Shown here piece after piece: positions 38,451 through 48,256 of a stretch of DNA of 64,000 nt. The DNA comes from a bacterium. Lineage in GTDB: Bacteria; UBA8248. The stretch covers positions 1,472,001 to 1,536,000 of the forward strand of contig CBDCRP010000003.1 in NCBI GenBank assembly GCA_965221165.1. Direction: 5' to 3'. The position numbers were made by a program, and so were the translations under genes. Within the stretch, counting starts at the first letter, position 1. Each line of letters opens with the position of its first letter. Under the pieces are notes generated by a model that worked only from the letters and a program-made list of their open reading frames with translations, was not told the origin of the DNA and made no database searches.

Positions 38451-39200
38451 ATGTCCGGTCATTCCAAGTGGAGTACGATCAAGCGGAAAAAAGGCGCGCT
38501 CGACGCCAAGCGCGGCAAGATTTTCACGAAACTCATCAAGGAAATCACCATCGCGGCCCGGATCGGCGGAGGGGACCCCGACGGCAATCCCCGGCTGCGC
38601 ACGGCCATCCAGACGGCGAAAGGGGCCAACATGCCCCAGGACAACATCGCACGCGCCATCGCCAAGGGAACGGGCGATCTCGAGGGCGTGAATTACGAGG
38701 AATGCGCCTATGAGGGCTACGGCCCCAACGGCGTGGCCATTCTCATCGCTATACTCACCGACAACCGCAACCGTACGGGTGCGGAAGTCCGCCATATATT
38801 GACGAAGAACAACGGCTCCATGGCGGAGCCGAACGCCGTGGCGTGGAATTTTGAGAAAAAGGGCTTATTGCTGGTTCCACAAGAGGCCGTCGACGAGGAA
38901 TCGCTCATGGAACTGGTATTAGAAGCGGGGGCGGAGGACCTGGAACCCGCCGATGACCTGTTCGAAATCCATACCTCGCCCGAAGCGTTCGAGGCCGTGC
39001 GCGAGGCGCTGGAGAAAAACGGGGTCCAGACGGAATCCGCCGAAATCACCATGCTGCCCAAATCGACGGTGAAGCTCGAGGGCAAGGAAGCGGAACAAAT
39101 GCTTCGCCTCATGGAAGCGCTCGAGGACAACGACGACGTGCAGAACGTCTACGCGAATTTCGATATTTCTGAAGAACAGATGGCGCAAGCATCCGCATAA
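38451..39200 (+). CDS. yebC: YebC/PmpR family protein
   Basis: [31 protein letters not shown]. Confidence 0.96.
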   Translation: MSGHSKWSTIKRKKGALDAKRGKIFTKLIKEITIAARIGGGDPDGNPRLRTAIQTAKGANMPQDNIARAIAKGTGDLEGVNYEECAYEGYGPNGVAILIAILTDNRNRTGAEVRHILTKNNGSMAEPNAVAWNFEKKGLLLVPQEAVDEESLMELVLEAGAEDLEPADDLFEIHTSPEAFEAVREALEKNGVQTESAEITMLPKSTVKLEGKEAEQMLRLMEALEDNDDVQNVYANFDISEEQMAQASA

Positions 39201-39231
39201 ACTCTGAACCCACCGCCCGTGGGGTCTTCTT

Positions 39232-39765
39232 TTGCCGCAATCAGGAAACACTTTCCGCGTTCTGGGCATCGACCCCGGTCTGCGCGTGACGGGCTACGCC
39301 GTCTTGCGCCTCGATGAGACGGAATACGAACCGCGCCTGGTGGATGGCGGCGTGCTCAAAAACGATGCGAGCGAACCCATCGAGAAGCGCCTCTATGAGC
39401 TACACAAGGATCTTTCCCACATCATCGAGACGCACGAACCCGACGTCATGGCCGTCGAAAACCTCTACAGCCACTACAAACACCCCCACACCTCCATCAT
39501 CATGGGCCACGCGCGGGGGGTGATCTTCCTCGCCGCATCGCAGGCAGGCGTCGATGTGGTCAGCTACGCGGCCACGGAAATCAAAAAATCACTCGTCGGC
39601 GCCGGACGCGCCACCAAGGCGCAGGTGCAGCTCATGGTCCAGCAACGCATGGGACTGCCCGAGTTGCCCGAACCCGCGGATTTGGCCGACGCCATTGCCG
39701 CGGCGTACTGCCATATCGATCGCAGCTACCTCCGGCGCGACCAGGCGGTCGGGAGAAGCGCATGA
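39232..39765 (+). CDS. ruvC: Holliday junction resolvase
   Basis: LGIDPG..TGY, HARGV, ATKAQVQ, ADAIA. Confidence 0.95.
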   Translation: MPQSGNTFRVLGIDPGLRVTGYAVLRLDETEYEPRLVDGGVLKNDASEPIEKRLYELHKDLSHIIETHEPDVMAVENLYSHYKHPHTSIIMGHARGVIFLAASQAGVDVVSYAATEIKKSLVGAGRATKAQVQLMVQQRMGLPELPEPADLADAIAAAYCHIDRSYLRRDQAVGRSA

Positions 39766-40397
39766 TTCGCCAAATCTCGGGAGAGATCATCGACGTTCTG
39801 GCCGAATCCGTCATTCTCAAGACACCCTCGGGCATCGCGTACGAGATACAGGTGGGCGGGTACGCGGTGCATGAACTCCAGGCGCTCATGGGCGCGCGCG
39901 AGGCGGTGGAACTCCACACGCATCATTACCTGGAGGGAAACGTGGCCACGGGCCAGCTTTTGCCCCGTTTGGTGGGTTTCCTCTCGGCGGAAGAAAGGGC
40001 GTTTTTCCTCTCTTTCATCAAAGTGCCCGGCATAAGCCCCAAAAGCGGGGTGCGGGCGATGAGCCTCCCTCCCCTTCAGATCGCAGAAGCCATTGCGGCG
40101 GCGAACACCGTCATGCTCACGAAACTGCCCGGCATCGGCAGGAAAAAAGCCGAACAGGTCATCTCGACGCTCAGAGAAGAAATCGCAGAACTTCAATTGG
40201 CGCGCGATATCGCGCTTACGCCGGTCGAACACAGGGACGCCACGCCCCTGCACGGCGACGTCATGGCCGTGCTGGTGGGCCAGTTGGGCTACCGCACGCC
40301 CGAGGCGGAGAATCTCGTGGAGCGCGCCGTCGCCTCGCTGGGAGCGGACGCGGAGGCCGAAGCCATCCTGGAAGAAGTATTCCGGCTGGGCCGATAG
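39762..40397 (+). CDS. ruvA: Holliday junction branch migration protein
   Basis: GIAYEI, VPGISPK, LPGIGRKKA HhH motifs; lies between ruvC and ruvB. Confidence 0.9.
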   Translation: MIRQISGEIIDVLAESVILKTPSGIAYEIQVGGYAVHELQALMGAREAVELHTHHYLEGNVATGQLLPRLVGFLSAEERAFFLSFIKVPGISPKSGVRAMSLPPLQIAEAIAAANTVMLTKLPGIGRKKAEQVISTLREEIAELQLARDIALTPVEHRDATPLHGDVMAVLVGQLGYRTPEAENLVERAVASLGADAEAEAILEEVFRLGR

Positions 40398-40415
40398 AGA
40401 GGACGGGAGAGAAAC

Positions 40416-41477
40416 ATGGTCATCGAGCGGCGCGTGAGCGCGAAGGCGGCAAATCCGGCGGAGGAGCGAACATTCACCTCGCTCAGACCCACGAAACTCG
40501 AAGAATACGTGGGGCAGACCGATCTCGTGGCCAAGCTGCGGATTGCGCTCGAAGCCTCCCGGAAGAGAAACGAACCCCTGGGCCACATCCTGTTCCACGG
40601 GCCGCCGGGTCTCGGGAAGACCACGCTCTCCCACATCATCTCGGAAGAAATGGGGACGCGCCTCGTGAAAACCTCCGGCCCCTCCCTGTCGAGACCGGCC
40701 GACCTCATGGGAATACTCACGGGCCTCCAGCAGGGCGACGTGCTGTTCATCGACGAGATCCACCGGATGCCCAGTGCGGTGGAAGAATTCCTCTACCCCG
40801 CGATGGAGGACTACCGCGTGGATTTCGTCGTCGACCGGGGTCCCATGGCCCGCACCATCAATTTTCCGCTCAAGATATTCACGGCCGTGGGCGCCACGAC
40901 GCGCCCCGGCGCCCTGACCGCCGCCCTGAGAGAGCGCTTCTATCTCGTCTACCACGTGGATTTCTACTCCGAAGAAGAACTCGAACACATTCTTGTGCGA
41001 AGCGCGGTGCGCCTGGACGTGCCGATGGAAAAAGAGGCGGCTCGCGAACTCGCCCGAAGAAGCAGGGGCACGCCCCGGACGGCGAACCGGCTTCTGCTAT
41101 GGACGCGCGATTTCAGCCAGGCGCGGGGCGACGGCGCCATCGGCCTCTCCACCACGCGCGAGGCGCTCGCCATGGAGGGTGTGGACGAACTGGGCCTCGA
41201 CACGCTGGACAGAAAATATCTAAGAACGATTATCGACCAATACGGCGGCGGCCCCGTGGGCGTGGAGGCTATCGCCGCCACCATGAACGAGGAGTCCGAC
41301 ACCCTGGTGGACATGGTGGAGCCTTTCCTGCTGCGGACGGGTTTCGTGCAGCGAACGCGCGGCGGGCGGCGCGCCACCCCGGCGGCCTATGCGCACTTAG
41401 GCGTCGCGCTGCCCAAAGGCGTCCAGCGAGAGCTTTGGGAGAGTAGTGCCAAGGATGAGGAAACCGATACCGAGTAA
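40416..41477 (+). CDS. ruvB: Holliday junction branch migration helicase
   Basis: LRP..YVGQ, GPPGLGKTT, FIDEIHR, GATTR, RGTPR. Confidence 0.97.
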   Translation: MVIERRVSAKAANPAEERTFTSLRPTKLEEYVGQTDLVAKLRIALEASRKRNEPLGHILFHGPPGLGKTTLSHIISEEMGTRLVKTSGPSLSRPADLMGILTGLQQGDVLFIDEIHRMPSAVEEFLYPAMEDYRVDFVVDRGPMARTINFPLKIFTAVGATTRPGALTAALRERFYLVYHVDFYSEEELEHILVRSAVRLDVPMEKEAARELARRSRGTPRTANRLLLWTRDFSQARGDGAIGLSTTREALAMEGVDELGLDTLDRKYLRTIIDQYGGGPVGVEAIAATMNEESDTLVDMVEPFLLRTGFVQRTRGGRRATPAAYAHLGVALPKGVQRELWESSAKDEETDTE

Positions 41478-41492
41478 GGAGAAATAACCCGG

Positions 41493-41717
41493 ATGGAGCC
41501 TTTCGGCGGTTTTGGAAAAACGCTGATTCTGCTCGGCGCGGCCCTGGTGGTCTTGGGAGTGGTGTTTCTCGCAGCGCCCAAGATTCCGTTTCTGGGAAAA
41601 CTGCCCGGCGATATTCATCTGCGCGGGAAGAACTGGAGTTTCTACTTTCCGGTGGTGACCTGCATCGTCATCAGCGTCGTCCTGACGCTGCTCTTCAATC
41701 TTTTTTCGAGAAAATAA
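41493..41717 (+). CDS. DUF2905-like small membrane protein
   Basis: GKLPGDI..FYFPVVTCIVIS. Confidence 0.85.
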   Translation: MEPFGGFGKTLILLGAALVVLGVVFLAAPKIPFLGKLPGDIHLRGKNWSFYFPVVTCIVISVVLTLLFNLFSRK

Positions 41718-41749
41718 ACCGACCCACAAGGACCCGGCGGCGGCGAGCG

Positions 41750-42514
41750 CTACTTCCAGCCCCCGCCGCCGTTCACGAACACGGTATCCGCCGTCATGAA
41801 CTCACACGCATCCGAACACATGAACAACACCAGTTCGCCGATTTCCTCCGGCGTGCCGAAGCGGCCCATCGGTATCTGACTCCTCATGGACTCCTTGAGC
41901 GCCTCCGAGGAGACGTCGTGAAACGGCGTGTCGACCGGTCCCGGCGATATGGACATGCACCGGATGCCCCTGTCCGCATATTCGCGGCCCACGCCCATGC
42001 TCATCGTCACCACCGCGCCCTTGGCCGCCGCGTAGTGCACCGAGTGGCCCGGGCCTCCGCGCTTGTGCGCCATGCTCCCGATGTTGACGATGACGCCCTT
42101 GCCGTTTTCCAGCATTTCGGGAATCACGGCCTGCATTCCGTAGAAAACGCCCTTGACGTTCAAGTCGAACGTCCTGTCCCACAGGTCGTCGTCGATGCCC
42201 AAAAAATCGGAACGGCGGAGAGCCGCGCCGGCGGAATTGAGCGAAAAATCAACCCGGCCGAACCTCTCCTTCGCGCGCCTCGTCATGGCGAACGCCTCCT
42301 CGCGCGAGGTGACGTCCACCCTCATGTGAACGCCCCGGCCCCCGTTTTCCGTCACGCGCTCGGCTACTTCGGCGGCGCCTTCCTCATCCAGGTCGGCGCA
42401 GAAGACGTTGGCCCCCTCGCGCCCGAAAATGAGGGAAGTCTCCTTGCCTATGCCGCTGGCCGCACCGGTGACGATAATGGTTTTATCCGCATAGTAATCA
42501 GGTGTCTTGGGCAT
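41750..42514 (-). CDS. SDR family oxidoreductase
   Basis: TGAASGIG, NSAG, YAAAK, PGPVDT. Confidence 0.9.
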   Translation of the reverse strand: MPKTPDYYADKTIIVTGAASGIGKETSLIFGREGANVFCADLDEEGAAEVAERVTENGGRGVHMRVDVTSREEAFAMTRRAKERFGRVDFSLNSAGAALRRSDFLGIDDDLWDRTFDLNVKGVFYGMQAVIPEMLENGKGVIVNIGSMAHKRGGPGHSVHYAAAKGAVVTMSMGVGREYADRGIRCMSISPGPVDTPFHDVSSEALKESMRSQIPMGRFGTPEEIGELVLFMCSDACEFMTADTVFVNGGGGWK

Positions 42515-42554
42515 CACAAAAACTCCAATAGTCGAGAGGAAACTCCTCCCCGGT

Positions 42555-43556
42555 TCATCGGTTCGCCTCGGCCATGACGATTCGCTGCATCTCGTATTCC
42601 TCATCCGGCACGAGCCCCGGAATCGGCTTGCCCTCCAAGAAGCACAAGACGTTCTCCGTCGCGTCCAGTTCCATCTGCAGGCGCGCGGAGCGCGCGCGCG
42701 CGCCGAGATGCGCGGTGAGGATGCAGTTGGGCGCTCCCACGAGAGTTCCCCGGTAGGGTTCTTCCGGGAAAACGTCGATCCCGGCACCCCCCAGGTGGCC
42801 CGAGCGCAGTGCGCGGGCGAGCGCCTCGTCGTCCACGATGACGCCCCGGGCCGTGTTGATGAGAAAAGCGCCTTTATTCATCATCGCAATCTCCTCTTCA
42901 CCCATCATGTGGATGGTCGCCGGCGTGGCGGGAACGTGTAAGGAGAGGGCGTCGGCCCGCCGGTAAATCTCTTCTTTCTCCATCCAGGCCACGCCGTAGC
43001 GCTCGCCGAATTCCGCATCGGGCGCCAGGTCGTTCGCGATGATTTTCGCCCCGAAACCGGATACGTGGCGTATCACCCGCTTGCCGATGCGCCCCACGCC
43101 GATGACGCCCAGGGTGATCTCATCGAGCGTCCGGCCCATGTACTGGAGCCACTCGCCGCGCAAGAGCGCGTTGTGGGAGTGATGCACGCCGCGTAAGAGC
43201 GAGAGCAGATGGCTCAACGTCAGTTCCGCCACGGCTTCCGAGTTGGCCCCGGGGGTGTTCGCAACCAGTATGTTTCGCTCGCGCGCAGCGTTCAGATCCA
43301 CCGTTTCGAGACCCACCGTGGCGCGCGATATGAACCGCAGCCCCTTGGCCAAATCCAGTATCCTCGGCGTGAAAGGCTCGAGCCCCGCAATGACGGCGTC
43401 GAAACCGCCGGAAATCATCTCGGCGAATTCGTCCTCGTTCGGCCGCTTGCCCAGCGTATTGCGCACGTAGTCCAAACCTGCGCTTTTGAGCATCTCGATG
43501 GGCTTCGGGTCAATCTCCCCAAACGGCGTTGTGGAGACGAGTACGCGCGGAGCCAT
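42555..43556 (-). CDS. D-2-hydroxyacid/phosphoglycerate dehydrogenase family
   Basis: GVGRIG, INTARG, DVFPEEP, TAHLG. Confidence 0.9.
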   Translation of the reverse strand: MAPRVLVSTTPFGEIDPKPIEMLKSAGLDYVRNTLGKRPNEDEFAEMISGGFDAVIAGLEPFTPRILDLAKGLRFISRATVGLETVDLNAARERNILVANTPGANSEAVAELTLSHLLSLLRGVHHSHNALLRGEWLQYMGRTLDEITLGVIGVGRIGKRVIRHVSGFGAKIIANDLAPDAEFGERYGVAWMEKEEIYRRADALSLHVPATPATIHMMGEEEIAMMNKGAFLINTARGVIVDDEALARALRSGHLGGAGIDVFPEEPYRGTLVGAPNCILTAHLGARARSARLQMELDATENVLCFLEGKPIPGLVPDEEYEMQRIVMAEANR

Positions 43557-43932
43557 GATTAATCTCCCAAAAACTTGAGGATAACGAGCCAGTCTTGTTT
43601 CGCGGCTGGTGCAAGAATTATCTCAATGGGTTAAAGTATGAAAAACCCAGCGGAGATTACATGCCCCGGTGAAGCGCTGTCAAACTCAAGGGGGCATCTG
43701 ATAGGATCGGTGTTCATCCATCTGGCTGAGAAATGATGCCTGCTCTCGCGGGGCGCAATTACACCGCAAGAGTGAGCGGGTGAAGCAATGCGAGAACACA
43801 ATACCGGGATATAGAGATAAAGATGCGTTGAACAAAAGATGCGTCGGGCATGTCCTCCCGCTCGGCCCTGGGAACAACGCCGTCTGGATGATCGAGGTGA
43901 AGCGCTTTTCGCCTCGATGAACAGGAGGAAAA

Positions 43933-45156
43933 ATGATGGGTTCCATTACCGCGGCGAGTGAGTCATACGAAACGCTGATGGATCTGAAATACGACAAACA
44001 GATCATCGACAAAATCAAGGCCCTCACGCCACAGATGGCCGAGATGGCGGCTGAAATCGACCGCGAAGGCCGCTTCCCCACCGAGAACTACAAATTACTC
44101 ACCGACGCGGGCCTGAACGCCCTTTGCATCCCCGAAGAATGGGGCGGCTCGGGTGCGAATTCCCTCACCTACAACATGGCGCTCGCAGAACTGGGCAAGG
44201 CGTGCGCCTCCACCGCCCTCACCTGGAACATGCACCAGACCTCCGTGAGCCTTTTCTTCGCCCTGGCGAACGAGGAGCAGAAAAAACGCGTGCTGCCCGA
44301 CATCGTCGAGAACGGAAAGCTCTTCTCCTCCGTCACGGCGGAACGCGGCATGAGCTTCCGCCACCTCGTGACGCTCAAGTCCATCTTCTCTCCCGTCGAG
44401 GGCGGCTACCGCCTGAGCGGCAGGAAGATTTCCGCCTCGATAGGCGAGCACGCCGATTATTACTTCACCACCGGGTTCCTCGAGGGGAAAAAAACCGCAG
44501 CGGAGGCCATCATGACCGCCGTGCTCCACAAGGATTACGGAGGCTCGTCCGTACAAGTGGTGTGGGACACGATGTCGATGCGGGGAACGGCGAGTGACGA
44601 CATCATCTTCGAGGATACCTTCGTGCCGAACGAGGACATCCTGGGGGGTGAGAACTTCATCGGCGCGCTGGGGAAAATCGACATCACCATGTTCCACCTC
44701 GGGTTTTCCGCCGCCTATCTGGGCATCGCCGAAGGAGCCTACGATCATCTGGTGGAGTATGTGAGAACGACGCAATACGCGCCCAACCCCGAGCCGCTGA
44801 GCCACAACGAGATGTACCAGAGCAGCATCGGCGAGTTGAGCTCCGAAATCAGAGCCGCGCGAATGCTCCTCTACGAGGCATGTCACGTGAAAGAACAAGG
44901 CGACGGCATGGCGAACCAGAACACGGTGAAAACCGTCATGCAGTCCAAATACATCTCGTGCGAGGCCTGCGCCAAGGTGGTACAGCACGCGATGCGGCTC
45001 GTGGGGGGCCGCTCCATCGCGCGACGCTATCCGTTCGAGCGATTCTACAGGGAGGGCATCACCGGCGTGGTCATGCCGCCTTCGAATTCGCGCTGCATCG
45101 AGGTGGCCGGCTGCATCGAATGCGGGATCACCGGCATGATACTGCAATACGGCTAG
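43933..45156 (+). CDS. Acyl-CoA dehydrogenase-like flavoprotein (non-canonical)
   Basis: EIDREGRFP, WNMH, WDTMSMRGTAS, AYLGIA, ERFYRE..MPP. Confidence 0.85.
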   Translation: MMGSITAASESYETLMDLKYDKQIIDKIKALTPQMAEMAAEIDREGRFPTENYKLLTDAGLNALCIPEEWGGSGANSLTYNMALAELGKACASTALTWNMHQTSVSLFFALANEEQKKRVLPDIVENGKLFSSVTAERGMSFRHLVTLKSIFSPVEGGYRLSGRKISASIGEHADYYFTTGFLEGKKTAAEAIMTAVLHKDYGGSSVQVVWDTMSMRGTASDDIIFEDTFVPNEDILGGENFIGALGKIDITMFHLGFSAAYLGIAEGAYDHLVEYVRTTQYAPNPEPLSHNEMYQSSIGELSSEIRAARMLLYEACHVKEQGDGMANQNTVKTVMQSKYISCEACAKVVQHAMRLVGGRSIARRYPFERFYREGITGVVMPPSNSRCIEVAGCIECGITGMILQYG

Positions 45157-45506
45157 GGCGCATCTGTTCCACCGCATGGCACGCACTGATTGGGGCATAC
45201 TTCGTCCGGTAGAAGTTTCCAGGTGTCCGAGTAACGGAAATATGGACCACGGCAATTGAACCCTGGAGGAATGATTACCGGGAGCGGTTCCGTCAGTACA
45301 CGGCCGACATCTATAGCGCTATCTAAAAAGGCTTTCATTCGCCACCTCCCCGGTTAGGAGTGAACATAAGAGAGTTGGTAGTTTGAACAATTTGATATAA
45401 TGACATACTCCCTATGTACCAACCGGCACACGTTAGCCCGGCGCGAGCCGTGGCATCAACTGTTTTTCCGGAACCGATTCGGCGCCGCGATCAGGAATAA
45501 CAAGTC

Positions 45507-45851
45507 TTACTCCAGCAACGAAATGGGACGGCGGCCGGCGAACCCCGTTTCGTAGCGGTGAAAATGTTCGATGTCGATCTCGCCGAGCATCCAACAGTAA
45601 TAATAGCCGTCTCCCGAATCGAAATCCGCCAGCCACAAGCCTTTGACTTCCACCCCGAGGTTTCTGACGGCCTTAACCCACTCGCCAACCGCGTCATTCA
45701 TGAGTCCTTCGAGGCGCTTGACATCGTCCGACTCTTCGATGTTTTCCAGTTGTTCGCGCATCTCTTCAACGATATCGTAGTAATGCTGCGTTACTTCCTT
45801 GACCTGCGGCAGCAGGGCACGGGCTTCCTGCAGCGTAAAGATAGCCATCAT
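45507..45851 (-). CDS. DUF2203-like protein
   Basis: FTLQEARALLP, VKGLWLADF, YYCW..GE, H..GFAGRRP. Confidence 0.8.
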   Translation of the reverse strand: MMAIFTLQEARALLPQVKEVTQHYYDIVEEMREQLENIEESDDVKRLEGLMNDAVGEWVKAVRNLGVEVKGLWLADFDSGDGYYYCWMLGEIDIEHFHRYETGFAGRRPISLLE

Positions 45852-45968
45852 GGTTCCTTTGCAATACGGCCGGGGTTTATCTGCTCCTTCCGGGGACACT
45901 CCAGCCCCAAAAAGCCAAGCGGACGCGGGCCGCTTTCGTGAGACGCCCGCCCTTTGAACGGGGTTTTC

Positions 45969-47129
45969 TCACCCTCCACGCCGCTGCGAGAATTTTCTCC
46001 CGAAAATGCCAGAGGCAATCACGTTGCGCTGCGCCTGGGTGGTGCCGCCGCCGATGGTGAACATGCGCACGTCGCGCGCCATGCGCTCGATCGGCAAATC
46101 GCGCGAATAGCCCGCCGCCCCGAAAATCTGGAGCGCATCGTTCGTCACTTTAATGGAGGCTTCCGCCGAAAACGTCTTGGCGATGGCGGCCAGGTGCATG
46201 TCTGGAAAACCCGTTTTGGGGTCTTGCTGCACCGCCGCCCGGTGGAGCAGGAGCCGAGCGGCGTCTAGTTGAATGCGCCCATCCGCCAGAATCCACTGAA
46301 GCCCCTGGAACTCGGATATCGGGCGGCCGAACTGCTCGCGTTTTTTCGCGTATTCCACCGCCTGGGCGAAGGCGCCCTCGGCAAGGCCCAAGGCCACCGT
46401 GCCTGCCCCCACCCGCTGGGCGTTGTAGGCGGCCATCAGGCGACCGAAGCCCACCGTCACCAGGTTTTCCCGGGGCACGCGGCAGTTCTCAAAAATCTCC
46501 TCGCTCTCGGGGATTCCCCGCAAGCCCATCATGAAGGCGCGCTCCCCGATACGGAAGCCCTCGGCACCCAACTCCACGATCAGGGCGCCGATTCCCTGCT
46601 CGTCCCCCCCGTGCACCACGCGGGCGAACACGAGGTTGATGTGGGAGACGCCTGCGCCGGTAATCCACTTCTTCTTGCCGTTCAGGATGTACTCATCGCC
46701 GTCGAGCACGGCCCGCGTCGTCATATCCGTGGCGGCGCTTCCCGCCTCGGGCTCGGTGATGACGATGGCGGGCTTGTCCCCCCCGAGCACCATGGGCAGA
46801 TATTTTTTCTTCTGCTCTTCGGTACCGTACCGGATAATGGCCCCCACAACGCCCATGTTGCTGTCCACCACGATGCGCCCCGTGATGCCGCAGACCTTGG
46901 CCATCTCCTCGACCACCAGAACGGCCTCTATCAGCGGACGCTCGGGGCCGCCGAATTCCTTAGGGATATTCATGCCCATGAAGCCCGCTTCGGCCAGAAT
47001 CTTGGCGTTCTCCCAGGGATATTCCTCGGTCCGGTCCCAAAACGCCGCCCTGGGTTCTATCTTGCTCGCCGCGATTTCGCGGGCTTTTTGCCGGATTTCT
47101 CTCTGAGAGTCCGTGAGGTCGAATTTCAC
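45969..47129 (-). CDS. acd: 3-sulfinopropionyl-CoA desulfinase-like ACAD
   Basis: EEYPWEN, GRIVVDSN, GDKPAI, WITGAGVS, GLRGIPE, AYNAQRVGAG, MFTIGGGT, matching Advenella Acd as recalled. Confidence 0.8.
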   Translation of the reverse strand: MKFDLTDSQREIRQKAREIAASKIEPRAAFWDRTEEYPWENAKILAEAGFMGMNIPKEFGGPERPLIEAVLVVEEMAKVCGITGRIVVDSNMGVVGAIIRYGTEEQKKKYLPMVLGGDKPAIVITEPEAGSAATDMTTRAVLDGDEYILNGKKKWITGAGVSHINLVFARVVHGGDEQGIGALIVELGAEGFRIGERAFMMGLRGIPESEEIFENCRVPRENLVTVGFGRLMAAYNAQRVGAGTVALGLAEGAFAQAVEYAKKREQFGRPISEFQGLQWILADGRIQLDAARLLLHRAAVQQDPKTGFPDMHLAAIAKTFSAEASIKVTNDALQIFGAAGYSRDLPIERMARDVRMFTIGGGTTQAQRNVIASGIFGRKFSQRRGG

Positions 47130-47234
47130 CGCCGCCTCCTTTCAGGTGAAGGTGGAGCGAAGGATCAGGAGAATCCGTTATGCAACGACTCGCCCGAGGC
47201 GCGCAAGGCGGGGACGGGAACGATCCCTATGGAG

Positions 47235-47390
47235 TAAGGGAGGAGCGGACATGCGTGCCACCCAAAACACGAAATGAGCACGAACGGGGCAACCCCGAGG
47301 AATTGTAGTAGGGACAACCCTTTTGGGTTGTCCTGCCCCCCGTGGTTGTCCCTCCTTGGGATGGATGCGATCAGGACAGGCACAGGGCTA
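47235..47390. repeat. REP-like palindrome cluster
   Basis: GTAGGGACAACCCTTTTGGGTTGTCC (47308-47333), similar to 7336-7366. Confidence 0.55.
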
Positions 47391-47477
47391 CGGAGTTCAA
47401 TACCTTTGCCCGGAAAATCCTCACTCCCCTCTACAGGGGGAACAGCAGCGCGCGAACACGCCTCCAGAGCACATCCC

Positions 47478-48233
47478 TTACTTTCCCTGGAAACGCGGCG
47501 TTCTCTTCTCCTTGAAGGCGCGCACGCCTTCCTCGGCGTCTTCGGTCTCCAGGATGCGTTTTAAGATCACGTCGCCGAAGCGCAGGGCGTCCTCCATCGT
47601 CATGTCGCGCGCGCGGACGGTAATCTCCTTGATTGCGCGCACCGCCAGGGGCGCGTTCGCCAGCACCCGGCGCGCGATTTTCTCCGTCTCCTCCAAGACT
47701 TTTTCCCTGGGCACGACCTTGTTCACCAAGCCGAGCCTGAGCGCGTCTTCGGCGTCGATGGACTCGCCGGTGAACAGATGGTAGTGGGCGAGGTTGAAGG
47801 GCAACAGCTTCGCCAGCAGAATCGGCCCGCTCACCGAGGAGATGCCGCGCACCACCTGTGGCCAGCCGAGCCAAGCGTCTTCCGCCATCACGCGCACGTC
47901 GCAGGAGAGCGCGATGCCTGCCCCGCCCGCCAGACAGACCCCGTTAATCGCCGCGAAGCACGGTTTATAGAGTTCCATGATGACCTGGTAGAGGTCGGAG
48001 ACGGGTTTGACTTCCCTGCCTTCGGGGGGCGGCTCCGTGAGGTCATGGCCGCTAGAAAACGCCTTACCCTCGCCCGTTATCAAACAGCCCCAAACGCCGG
48101 GGTCGCGCTCCATCTCGGCGAAGAGCGAAAAAATGCGCTCGCTCATCTCGTGGTTGATCGCGTTCACCTTCTCCGGCCTGTTCAGCGTGATGCAGGCCAG
48201 CTTGTCCCTCACCTCATATTCGACCAGCGCCAT
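47478..48233 (-). CDS. Enoyl-CoA hydratase/crotonase family
   Basis: ITLNRPEKVNA, FSSGHDL, AAING..AGG, GLVNKVVP, AFKEKR. Confidence 0.9.
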   Translation of the reverse strand: MALVEYEVRDKLACITLNRPEKVNAINHEMSERIFSLFAEMERDPGVWGCLITGEGKAFSSGHDLTEPPPEGREVKPVSDLYQVIMELYKPCFAAINGVCLAGGAGIALSCDVRVMAEDAWLGWPQVVRGISSVSGPILLAKLLPFNLAHYHLFTGESIDAEDALRLGLVNKVVPREKVLEETEKIARRVLANAPLAVRAIKEITVRARDMTMEDALRFGDVILKRILETEDAEEGVRAFKEKRTPRFQGK

Positions 48234-48256
48234 GTCATCCTCTCGATTACGTGCGT

